A DNA stretch of 48,427 nt from Eubacteriaceae bacterium (GCA_036833715.1 DAITPG010000001.1:1-48427), one strand, 5' to 3'. Shown: positions 38,877 to 47,435, numbered from the stretch's first letter. Made by a program: numbers and translations. Notes: generated from the sequence alone by a model not told the origin.

Positions 38877-39407
38877 TTATTTATATAAATTAACTAAAAG
38901 TGTTTCTAATCCATTAGAAACTTTTGTTACATAGTTTAAGAGTTCTTGGGTAGAATTTTTCAGGTGGTCAATTTCTGAAATATGATTACTTATTGAATCC
39001 CAATATGAGTCAAATTCTTCACTTATGTATTTGATTTGATCTGAAATGAAAAATTCTTTTTCATATATTTTTAATAAAGATATTCTGTTTTTGATTGATC
39101 TTTGTGTAATTCGAATATGATTTACATCATCCTCACTTTCGATAATATACATTTTTGAATCAGATACCGAAAGAATAATTTTATCTATTATTTTTTCCAG
39201 AATCGCCTTTTTGCGTATAGTATCATTTTTATTTTGTGTTAAAAAATATGCAAAAATTAATGCAATAAGTATATTTATTCCAGCATAAAGTGGGATTGTA
39301 AAATAGTCAGCTAATAATTTATTACCATTAGATTGAAAAGCGGAATAAATCAGTAATCCGATTGGAATCAATACTGTTAGATAAATCCATTTAAATTTAG
39401 GTTTCAT
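38877..39407 (-). CDS. Two-TM membrane protein with a helical cytoplasmic tail (third gene of the accessory cassette)
   Basis: 176 aa. Hydrophobic helices at about residues 7-24 and 37-57, then a charged Ile/Lys/Glu-rich helical region. Starts 12 nt after the stop of the STAS-like gene. Confidence 0.6.
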   Translation of the reverse strand: MKPKFKWIYLTVLIPIGLLIYSAFQSNGNKLLADYFTIPLYAGINILIALIFAYFLTQNKNDTIRKKAILEKIIDKIILSVSDSKMYIIESEDDVNHIRITQRSIKNRISLLKIYEKEFFISDQIKYISEEFDSYWDSISNHISEIDHLKNSTQELLNYVTKVSNGLETLLVNLYK

Positions 39408-39419
39408 AACTACTCCCTA

Positions 39420-39734
39420 CTACGCTTTCTTAACGCATTTTTCGATAAATTCTAATAAACTTGGTTCATCGTTAGATATAATAATCATATTATCTAGAAT
39501 ATTTTTATCTTTTAATTCACGTGCGAGTCCCCCGAAGCTTTCTTCAATAAAAGATGAAGGATATCCAAAACACCCATCTAAGTCGATTTTTAGCTTTTCA
39601 TGTTTTGTCAAAGCTTCTTGATATTTAGGCAATAAGTAATTTATCCTAAACTCTTCGCCAGAAAAAGGACCTTCATTAATCAATCTTCCACCAGGAAAGG
39701 CTGTAAAATCTTTTGCAATATTAATCTCAATCAT
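39420..39734 (-). CDS. STAS-like protein (DUF4325-type anti-sigma-antagonist fold)
   Basis: 104 aa. KLKIDLDGCFGYPSSFIEESFGGL matches my recollection of the DUF4325/STAS signature (..DF.gV...sSSF.dE.fg.L). The ATG overlaps the upstream gene by 8 nt. Confidence 0.7.
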   Translation of the reverse strand: MIEINIAKDFTAFPGGRLINEGPFSGEEFRINYLLPKYQEALTKHEKLKIDLDGCFGYPSSFIEESFGGLARELKDKNILDNMIIISNDEPSLLEFIEKCVKKA

Positions 39735-40830
39735 TTTCTTTTTCTCTCTCTTTCAGCATATACCAGCAAAATAGTGTCCCGAATATTTTATTTCTATAAT
39801 CTTTCAAATAAAAGTTTTCACTATTATCTATAAGCTTACAAATCCCCTTACCGGAAAAAACAATTAAATTTTTTAATAATCCATACTTGAAACATTCTAA
39901 TATTTGAGGTAAACCTTTTCCTCTATATTTTACACCAGTTTCCGTACGATCATCACCGTTTAAGGCAGATTTAATAAATTCAGAATCGTTTTTAAGAAAT
40001 ATCGGGATTTTTTCACCAAACCTTTTTCTTACTGTTGTTGGAATGCCTAGACCAGTATCCAAAAATATAAATTTAACCATTTCTTTAGTTTCTTCCGCAT
40101 AAATCAACCAAGAATTTGTAGTCATTATATTTTTACTGGAATATGCGTGTTGCTTTGTATTTTCCATTAGTTCAACAAGGATATTATATAATGGGATTGT
40201 GTCTTTTCTCTTAAATCCACATTTATTTTGTACAAATTCGCAAACCTGCGCGGCGATAGGTGAATCCACTGTTTCACCTTTAGCGATTTTTATTCGATTA
40301 GTTAATGGTTTGATGTTAAGGTTATCTTTTGAGTGAACAAACGACAAGAAGCCTGATTCGATATATACAGATTTTGCGCTTTCCTCATTTGGCAAATTGC
40401 CTTCAAACATATATCTAAAAACTTTATGGCTTTTAGTATCTGCAACAATTGAAACTAGGTATAAAATTGCATCGACAGTAACTTCAGTTACTGCACTGGA
40501 ATCGATATAAAATCTATGCCCGATTTTATATTCGTCTCTTTTTGTTATTATTTGATTGTAGAACTCAATAGTTTCATCCGGGTTATTCTCAATAGAAAAA
40601 TTTGATGGTGCGCGAAAAATGGAGCGATTCCTAATTTTTATTATAGCTTGAGAATTTTTATGTTTTTTAGTTTTCTTCTCTTTATTTTTGTTATTTTGTA
40701 GCTTACGACTTCTTTCGTCAAGCCATAATTTGCGCTCAAGTTTCCTTTGGATAAAATCACCCCTAAAACCAAATTTGACAAATATTATTAATAAATAACG
40801 ATAGCATATTATTAAAATTTTGTCAAACAT
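39727..40830 (-). CDS. GHKL (Bergerat-fold) ATPase or serine-kinase-like protein, SpoIIAB/RsbW-type
   Basis: 367 aa. N-box VELMENTKQHAY (nt 40141-40173, verified by back-translation), G1 FLDTGLGIP, G2 YRGKGLPQI. AAAGGAG SD 5 nt before the ATG at 40830. Confidence 0.75.
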   Translation of the reverse strand: MFDKILIICYRYLLIIFVKFGFRGDFIQRKLERKLWLDERSRKLQNNKNKEKKTKKHKNSQAIIKIRNRSIFRAPSNFSIENNPDETIEFYNQIITKRDEYKIGHRFYIDSSAVTEVTVDAILYLVSIVADTKSHKVFRYMFEGNLPNEESAKSVYIESGFLSFVHSKDNLNIKPLTNRIKIAKGETVDSPIAAQVCEFVQNKCGFKRKDTIPLYNILVELMENTKQHAYSSKNIMTTNSWLIYAEETKEMVKFIFLDTGLGIPTTVRKRFGEKIPIFLKNDSEFIKSALNGDDRTETGVKYRGKGLPQILECFKYGLLKNLIVFSGKGICKLIDNSENFYLKDYRNKIFGTLFCWYMLKEREKEND

Positions 40831-40902
40831 TGCAACTCCTTTTATAATCTAAGAATCAATATAAATGTTTAAATATATGAACGATAAGCAGTTCTTATTA
40901 AT

Positions 40903-40933
40903 AAAAAAAGACGGGGCTTAACCGCCCCGTCTT
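40903..40933 (-). terminator. Canonical intrinsic terminator after the phage holin
   Basis: The minus strand reads AAGACGGGGC-GGTTAA-GCCCCGTCTT followed by TTTTTAT, 12 nt after the holin stop codon. Confidence 0.75.
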
Positions 40934-40950
40934 CGTCATTATTAAAGTAA

Positions 40951-41391
40951 TTACCTTTGTTCGATATTGTTTTTGCTTCTCAATACCTCAATAGCTTTCT
41001 TGATCGCGCCGGGCAGCGGTACGCCCATAAGGCCGATATTTTCGATAATGCTGATTGCCTCATTGGCGATAAACGCGATGATCACGCTTGTCCGTATATA
41101 ATCAGCGCCCACGGCTATATCAAGCCTGTAGGCAACCAAGACAGCCAGCAGGATGCCGCATTTGCGGCATAGACCCTTTAATCCTGCTCTGGATTCCAAA
41201 GCTCCGCCGCAGCTCTTCGGGCTCTTCTTAAATACCCCCGCGAGGATCAATCCGGTTGCATAGTCAATGGCCATAAAAATCAGTAACGTTTGCAAGTCTG
41301 TTGTCCAACCCCCGAATAACCACGCGAGGAATCCGCCGATCGCGCCGAGGATGCCCAAAAGCGTTATTTTATTTACTGCGATCTGTTCCAA
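40951..41391 (-). CDS. Phage holin (toxin-secretion/phage-lysis holin family)
   Basis: 146 aa, about 4 TM segments. LLIFMAIDYATGLILAG is characteristic of the TIGR01593-type holin family. Confidence 0.8.
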   Translation of the reverse strand: MEQIAVNKITLLGILGAIGGFLAWLFGGWTTDLQTLLIFMAIDYATGLILAGVFKKSPKSCGGALESRAGLKGLCRKCGILLAVLVAYRLDIAVGADYIRTSVIIAFIANEAISIIENIGLMGVPLPGAIKKAIEVLRSKNNIEQR

Positions 41392-41402
41392 AGGCTTACC
41401 TC

Positions 41403-42275
41403 TTAAGCGTACAAAAATTCGTATTTCGTGATCGTAACGTCACCAATTTCTTGACCGGGATAAACATGGAGCCATTTCAGCGGGTCGACGCAATATTCTC
41501 GTCTTTCGGCATCGGTATCGTTATATTCCTGCCCCATCGGCGTGATGGCAATCCGGCAATGCAAATGCGGACCGTTAGAATCGCCGGTACTGCCCATAAG
41601 GCCAATTTTGCTTTTCATTCCGAGCGGATCGCCAACCTTGCAGTCCTGACGCGAAAGATGTTCATACATGATGTGCAGAGATTTTTTGTTTAAATGATCA
41701 TCGATGCGCTGCTGTACATATTTGCCGCGAATACGATCTTCCGTGACCTTTGTTATGACACCTTGGCCGACCGAAAGAATAGGCATATTCGGATCAGACC
41801 AATAGGCGAAATCTGTTCCGGTATGATCATCTTCATCAAAAGGCTCACTAATGGCGATGTAATCCACCGGCATTCTCAGTTTAAGCGGTTCAGGCTTGGG
41901 GGCGTCCGGATCGGTCACAGGTGCCGGCGCGCTTCCTGCGGCCGGGATCGTCAATTTCTGTCCGGCATAGACTAAATCGGGATCATCGCCGATTACGCCT
42001 TTGTTGGACGCATAGATATCCTTCCAAGTAACACCTTTGTATTTGGTGGCAATCTTCGTAAGATTATCGCCTTCCTGTACGGTATAAATATTACCCGCGG
42101 GCGCGTCCTCTTTGAACGTGCCGGGAATCATGACCGGATGGCCGACATCAAGCTTTCTTGCTTGGTCATATGAAATGTTGTTAAGATGCATAAGATCATC
42201 TAAATCGACATTATAGTCATCCGCGACATCGGTCAGCGTCTGGCCTTCTTTTAACTTGTGTATAGTGTATCCCAT
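41403..42275 (-). CDS. Endolysin: two LysM domains plus an M23 peptidase
   Basis: LysM-like YTIHKLKEGQTLTDVADDY...MIPG and YTVQEGDNLTKIATKY...LTIP. M23 motifs HTGTDFA and GSTGDSNGPHLH. Confidence 0.88.
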   Translation of the reverse strand: MGYTIHKLKEGQTLTDVADDYNVDLDDLMHLNNISYDQARKLDVGHPVMIPGTFKEDAPAGNIYTVQEGDNLTKIATKYKGVTWKDIYASNKGVIGDDPDLVYAGQKLTIPAAGSAPAPVTDPDAPKPEPLKLRMPVDYIAISEPFDEDDHTGTDFAYWSDPNMPILSVGQGVITKVTEDRIRGKYVQQRIDDHLNKKSLHIMYEHLSRQDCKVGDPLGMKSKIGLMGSTGDSNGPHLHCRIAITPMGQEYNDTDAERREYCVDPLKWLHVYPGQEIGDVTITKYEFLYA

Positions 42276-42709
42276 TATTCTTGTCCTCCGTTATTTGTAA
42301 TTTGTTTGGTTTCGGCAGCTGCCTCGTCCGTGATCTCATCGAAAGGCTCTTCGATGCTTTTTATGTATTTATTGTATGATTGGACCGTCTGTCCCCAAAA
42401 ACCGCCACTTCCCTCAAGCTTCTTATATAAGCCGGTCGATCCAAGATACAAAAATACAGCAAGCCATGCTGTGGCGAGCCAACTCAATGTGCTCATTGCA
42501 AAAGTCGCCTTAAAGCCAATAGCAAAAATGCAACTGAGGAAAAAACAGATGATCGAAATAAACCAGGTGTTTTCCTTACAGAATTTGAAAGCTTTCAGCC
42601 ATGCTTTCGTTGCTTCCGTCATGTACATGACGATTGCGCTTAAAATAGCGGCCAATAAAAAAAGCTGCATAAACAGCCCGACCTCGATTGAATAATTAAA
42701 ATCAATCAT
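42275..42709 (-). CDS. Three-TM phage membrane protein (holin-like)
   Basis: 144 aa, three hydrophobic helices and an acidic C-terminal tail. The stop overlaps the endolysin ATG (TAATG). Confidence 0.5.
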   Translation of the reverse strand: MIDFNYSIEVGLFMQLFLLAAILSAIVMYMTEATKAWLKAFKFCKENTWFISIICFFLSCIFAIGFKATFAMSTLSWLATAWLAVFLYLGSTGLYKKLEGSGGFWGQTVQSYNKYIKSIEEPFDEITDEAAAETKQITNNGGQE

Positions 42710-42766
42710 ATTTCACTCTCCTTTATTTTTTTGGTATTAAAAAAACGCCGATGGCGTCAATTTAAC

Positions 42767-43126
42767 TTATATGGATAGCTCCCTTATTCGCTCAACGGCT
42801 TGCTGTCGTTCTTCCTCAAGTCTTAAGTAATCTTCATCGCTCATCGAATAAGATATACCAAGAACCGTTTCGCGCATTCGTTGAATGGTTTTGTAATCGG
42901 TTCTTTCAAGAAACTCTTTTAGGCGATTTATTTCATCACGCTCTAAGAGCCTATTGATTTCCGCCTGCGGCTTGCCTTCTGTCCAGCTTGTCCCTGTCCA
43001 TTTCGGAAGATACAATCCATCCGGACACGGAATATCTATGCAATCTGTAGGAATTTCATCTTCATCGTAAAGAATTACATCTTCGACAAATAAGCCTTGC
43101 AGATTAATTTTAATTACTTTTTTCAT
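42767..43126 (-). CDS. Phage protein downstream of the tail fibre (XkdW-like or fibre-associated)
   Basis: 119 aa. Assigned from its position between the fibre and lysis genes. The motif LYLPKWTGTSWTEG is reminiscent of XkdW-type proteins. Confidence 0.4.
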   Translation of the reverse strand: MKKVIKINLQGLFVEDVILYDEDEIPTDCIDIPCPDGLYLPKWTGTSWTEGKPQAEINRLLERDEINRLKEFLERTDYKTIQRMRETVLGISYSMSDEDYLRLEEERQQAVERIRELSI

Positions 43127-43134
43127 TTCAACAC

Positions 43135-45759
43135 CTATACCGCTTTATGAATTATTCCTGAAAGACTGACATATGCATTATTGCCAGAAACGACAACTAC
43201 ATTGCCTGCGCTTGAAACTTGCATGTATGCGGCCGCGCCAGATGACCATCCAACAAATGCTTCTATTTTAGCTGGCCTATATCCAGATGCCTCAGTGAAA
43301 ATTGGAGTGCTGGCACCAATAGTTCCGTTCCTTACAAGTCCACGAAGATGAACAAAGCCTAATTCGTCTCGCATATAAGCTGCAGTTTCGAAGCTTCCGC
43401 CATAATTTTCCCATCCATTAAGCAATGTCGGTTCGATCCATGCTGTAGGCGGCGCAAGTATTCTTGTCCATGGAACAGTCCATGCATTGCCTGATCCAGA
43501 TTGCCTAATCCATATGCCGCTATAGAGACCGCTTCCAAATCTCCATGCTCTCTGAATAACGAAATCTGTGCTGTTATTATATCCGCCTAGAATTTCCACA
43601 TAATGTGCAGTGGATCCATCAGATAATCCGTCAATGGCCTCCATCACATAATAAAGACCCGGCGTAAGAGTGAAGTTTTCTAACTGGGCAGCTGTTACTT
43701 GTTTAGCTACGAATAGCTCTCGGCCGTAAACGTCATAATAGCCATCGCGACTTTGCACGCCTTTTTTGACGGTCGACATCATGCCAACGCCTAAATACGG
43801 TGACGGCGCGAGACCTGAAGGAAAATCGACACCCCAATCCATAAGCGGATCACCGATAAGCAATACGCTTACTTGATATGTCGTTAAGCGATCCCTTATC
43901 GTGACGCGAATGTTGTAGTTTTTTCCGGTATCAAATCCAAGGGATCCATTAGTATGGCCGGATATAGCTTTATCGATAATGCTTAGATTTCCTGATCCAT
44001 CGACCGACTTTGAAAGCGCGGTCGCGCCGGTTAACCATGTACCCGATGAAGTCAACTTATACTCGTAATAAAGCTCCTGTATAGAATTTGGTATACTACC
44101 GAAATTCAATAGATGCACTTTTGCGTTAATTGATAATGAAGTTTCAGCGTCAACCATGTTTGCGCGAGCGGCGACCACTTTCGATATGGAAATAGGAGTC
44201 AATACTTTATAATTCGCTGAAGATATTGTTTTCGATACGCTTACCGTGAATCCGCGGCTATCCGTAACAAGAATGGTTATTACGTTTCCATCAACATTAA
44301 GCAAATTAATGATCGTCGTTCCAGCGGTTACTGTGGACGTTTTTGTTCCGCAAGTTACTTTGTACGATACAATCGTTGCGCTGTTTTTTCCTGATGCCGG
44401 AGTGTTTATTGTAATGCGGATATCGGAATAATCTTTTATGATTATTTGATTGTTTTGAGTCAATGCAAATATCGCAGAATCAACATCAGCATAACTAAAA
44501 TTCGCCGCTGAAAAAGTTGGATCGCTGCTGCCTGCAGCGACGGTCGCAATTGCAGTTTTTGTGAGCGAAGGACCCAGTTGAGTCGATCCCGACATAACCT
44601 TAAGTGTCGCAGTAACGGTGACGGTTTTTAACGAGGGTATGGCGGCATATAGCAAGGTTGGATCAAGGGTAACCGCTTTATTCCCGGCTATAATGCCGGT
44701 CAATTCGCCGACGACCGTACCGCTCGGCACTTTGAAAGTGATAACTATTCCTAACCCTTGAGGGTTTGTTACGCTTACCGAAGTGCCCGAGCCTATAAAA
44801 AAGGCAAGAAACGAATCGAAAGACGCATTTAGGGTAGCTGTAGTTGAAGCTGTTTGAGTACTACCAAGTTTTGTCGAACCCGACCATGTTGTCATTTCTA
44901 CGCTTATTCCAAACGATGAAACATTTGCGTTTGATAAAGCCTGATACATTGTTGCAGGGCTTATTGTCGTGGTTACCTTGCCATTATATGTACTTTGAAT
45001 CGTCTTTACGGTTACGCCGTTAACCTTAAAGATTAACTTGACACTTACTCCATTAGGATTATTTACGTTGACAATTGTATCTTCGCCAATATTAAACCCC
45101 GGAAAACTCGTGATCGATTTCGTTAATGTAGCTGTAGCCGAAGCGGTGTCTGTACTTCCGATTTGAGTTGACCCCGACCATGTTGATAACTCAACCGCCA
45201 CCGGAACAGTGTTTAGCGCAGGGTTGGCAGCGGCACCGTAGAGTGTTGCAGGGCTAATCGTCGTATCGACAGCGCCGCTATATATGCCCGAAATTGTTTT
45301 GACTATAATACTATTCGTCTTGAAAACTAATTTCGTCGTAAGTCCGCCTGGATTACTTATATTTACCCTCACGTTCCCATTAACTGCGAACCCCGGAAAA
45401 CTCGTGATCGATGCGGCACGCGGAATATCTGTCAAATCTTCTGAGTCGCTCCAAGTTACGGTATAGTCACCGTTTCCGGCAAAGGTAGCGGAACAATTAA
45501 CAGTCTTTGAACCATCTGTATTATGTGTTACAGTTTTACTTTTCGTTATAAGCAGCTGTGAACCGGAAGATGATTGTCCCGTGTTGAAGTTTGCTGTAAA
45601 TGGATATTCGGTTCCATCTATTATTATTTTTCCGGATGGATTATCGTTCGCCCATGTACCCGCGTTCCAGTTTGCATACAATTTTACCGTAACATACGAG
45701 GTATTATTCGGTATATTTACATTGCTTTCTGTAATTTCGCCTGTTAACCATACTGACAT
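43135..45759 (-). CDS. Phage tail fibre or receptor-binding protein (DUF859-like N-terminus, triple repeat, C-terminal RBP-like domain)
   Basis: 874 aa, Ser/Thr/Gly/Asn-rich beta-type sequence, located after the Tal-like gene. The C-terminal motif LLNGWENYGG...AAYMRDELGFVHLRGLV is common in fibre tips. Confidence 0.75.
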   Translation of the reverse strand: MSVWLTGEITESNVNIPNNTSYVTVKLYANWNAGTWANDNPSGKIIIDGTEYPFTANFNTGQSSSGSQLLITKSKTVTHNTDGSKTVNCSATFAGNGDYTVTWSDSEDLTDIPRAASITSFPGFAVNGNVRVNISNPGGLTTKLVFKTNSIIVKTISGIYSGAVDTTISPATLYGAAANPALNTVPVAVELSTWSGSTQIGSTDTASATATLTKSITSFPGFNIGEDTIVNVNNPNGVSVKLIFKVNGVTVKTIQSTYNGKVTTTISPATMYQALSNANVSSFGISVEMTTWSGSTKLGSTQTASTTATLNASFDSFLAFFIGSGTSVSVTNPQGLGIVITFKVPSGTVVGELTGIIAGNKAVTLDPTLLYAAIPSLKTVTVTATLKVMSGSTQLGPSLTKTAIATVAAGSSDPTFSAANFSYADVDSAIFALTQNNQIIIKDYSDIRITINTPASGKNSATIVSYKVTCGTKTSTVTAGTTIINLLNVDGNVITILVTDSRGFTVSVSKTISSANYKVLTPISISKVVAARANMVDAETSLSINAKVHLLNFGSIPNSIQELYYEYKLTSSGTWLTGATALSKSVDGSGNLSIIDKAISGHTNGSLGFDTGKNYNIRVTIRDRLTTYQVSVLLIGDPLMDWGVDFPSGLAPSPYLGVGMMSTVKKGVQSRDGYYDVYGRELFVAKQVTAAQLENFTLTPGLYYVMEAIDGLSDGSTAHYVEILGGYNNSTDFVIQRAWRFGSGLYSGIWIRQSGSGNAWTVPWTRILAPPTAWIEPTLLNGWENYGGSFETAAYMRDELGFVHLRGLVRNGTIGASTPIFTEASGYRPAKIEAFVGWSSGAAAYMQVSSAGNVVVVSGNNAYVSLSGIIHKAV
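44527..45408 (-). repeat. Three tandem 98-aa (294-nt) divergent repeats inside the tail fibre gene
   Basis: Residues 118-215, 216-313 and 314-411 each begin (I/F)(T/D)SF(P/L)(G/A)F. Each contains NP.G, (K/I)L(V/I)FK, TISPATLY-like, and WSGST(Q/K)(I/L)GS blocks. Confidence 0.7.
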
Positions 45760-47426
45760 CAGCTCACCCCCTCATCGACGGTTACCATAATTCCTCTCGT
45801 GGTACCTCGCGTATATGCTGTAAATTTTGCATTGCCGAGATACATTTGTTTTTCGATAATGGCCGTAGGCATTAAAGCGCCGTCCTTTGTAAATTTTGCG
45901 ATAATCTCACTAGTAAGGGCGTTTTTGATTTCCCATGCACCCGATCCCAATCTTGTAACCAACCCCGAAGTACTGTCAGTCAGGGTCAGACCGGCTTCTG
46001 AGATGATGGAGCCTGTTTCTAAATCAAGAACAAAATAGCCGTTCAAAGAAGATAGTAACCCTGCACGAATAAACTGCGCATTAATCGCGCCATCCATTGT
46101 CATAGCCACAATATATTCTCGTGCCGGATTATCGGCGCCGATTACGTTATCGCTAAAACCAAGACCGCCAAGATTCCATCGCCAAATTTTTCTAGCAGCA
46201 GTAGGATCCTTATCATCCATGATAAGAATTTCATTCGTGCCTTCGTTTTCGCGAATAAGTACATGTCCGCCGAGCGCGTTTTTAATTAGGTCAGTAGACG
46301 CACCCAGCGACTTGGCTACGGCAAGCACATTCCCGACTGCGGCTTTAATGGCGGATACTGCCTTATTTTCTTGCGACTTTACATTTCGGGAGGCCTTACC
46401 AGCACCCTCAATTGTATGATCACCGCGATAATGCCATGTTGATGTAGTGATAAGCGCGTCCACATCGCCTACATCGGCGATGTCAGTGAGAGTAACATAA
46501 TCTCCCGCCTGCAGCGACGGATCGCCAATAAAATCGCAACTAAAAGGTTTATATTGAACTTCTGAAATCTGCGTAAGTAAATTTGATAAAATTACATCAA
46601 TATCATTTCCAACCGGCAGTAATGGATTTTCTTCAAGCGCCAGAATCAGATCGTCGGAACCCTGCATATAGTCAGTTTCGCCATTTTTAATGGTTATGCC
46701 GGTGATCTGCAGATTGAAATCTGATACTTTACTTTGAAATCTCTCATCAATGCTAATATTTTTTACGCTCGTTGCAATTTTTACGGGAATAATTTCTAAA
46801 TTGCCGCTGCGATTCATACGGGCAAAACAACCCATGATCTGACAAGCCCACATGAGCATATCTCTGCATGTTTTTATCTGATCGTTCGACTCAGGCAATG
46901 CAAGCATTAAATCATAATTTGGGAAACTTTCAAACTGTCCGGCGCTCGTCGATAGCAATACTCCAGCCTTCGCGCAGCAGGATAAAATAATCGTCCGGGG
47001 CGTGCCCGAAGTGCTGACGCCCGAAATATCAACATCAAATAAAATCAATCCATCGAGAGCTTTTAGTGTAACAGCCGAAAGCTCCCTTTCTATTTCGGGC
47101 GTAACATAATATATACCGAAAGGAACGTATTCCCATGAATCAGAACCCGTCATAAGCCCGTAGTTAAGATTTATCCGGGCACCGTCGAGTGCGTAAGGAT
47201 TCTGATAGCTCATGAGAGTCAAACCCATTTCAGAGGCAATTACGCCGCCAACGTCTAAGCTATCGCCCGATACGCATTGTTCAGAAAAATAGAGTGAACC
47301 GCCTTCAATATGTTCATCCGTTATATTGATTGTCGTATCGTCTTTTAGCGTGATCGTGCCAACGATTTTGTCTAAAACGGTTTCGGCAGATATGGCATCT
47401 TTGTAGCTTTGTGATACCGGATACAT
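45759..47426 (-). CDS. Phage tail protein (Tal/baseplate-hub-like, Gp37-type)
   Basis: 555 aa. Sits after the Dit-like gene and before the fibre. The N-terminus SQSYKDAISAE...GTITLKDDTTINITDEHIEGGSL is typical of siphovirus tail endopeptidase/hub proteins. Confidence 0.65.
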   Translation of the reverse strand: MYPVSQSYKDAISAETVLDKIVGTITLKDDTTINITDEHIEGGSLYFSEQCVSGDSLDVGGVIASEMGLTLMSYQNPYALDGARINLNYGLMTGSDSWEYVPFGIYYVTPEIERELSAVTLKALDGLILFDVDISGVSTSGTPRTIILSCCAKAGVLLSTSAGQFESFPNYDLMLALPESNDQIKTCRDMLMWACQIMGCFARMNRSGNLEIIPVKIATSVKNISIDERFQSKVSDFNLQITGITIKNGETDYMQGSDDLILALEENPLLPVGNDIDVILSNLLTQISEVQYKPFSCDFIGDPSLQAGDYVTLTDIADVGDVDALITTSTWHYRGDHTIEGAGKASRNVKSQENKAVSAIKAAVGNVLAVAKSLGASTDLIKNALGGHVLIRENEGTNEILIMDDKDPTAARKIWRWNLGGLGFSDNVIGADNPAREYIVAMTMDGAINAQFIRAGLLSSLNGYFVLDLETGSIISEAGLTLTDSTSGLVTRLGSGAWEIKNALTSEIIAKFTKDGALMPTAIIEKQMYLGNAKFTAYTRGTTRGIMVTVDEGVS

Positions 47427-47435
47427 AACAGCTCC

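Noticed and set aside
43135-45759. Considered a diversity-generating retroelement target in the tail-fibre C-terminus
   Set aside because: No reverse transcriptase gene is present, and I could not find a template/variable repeat pair in the window.
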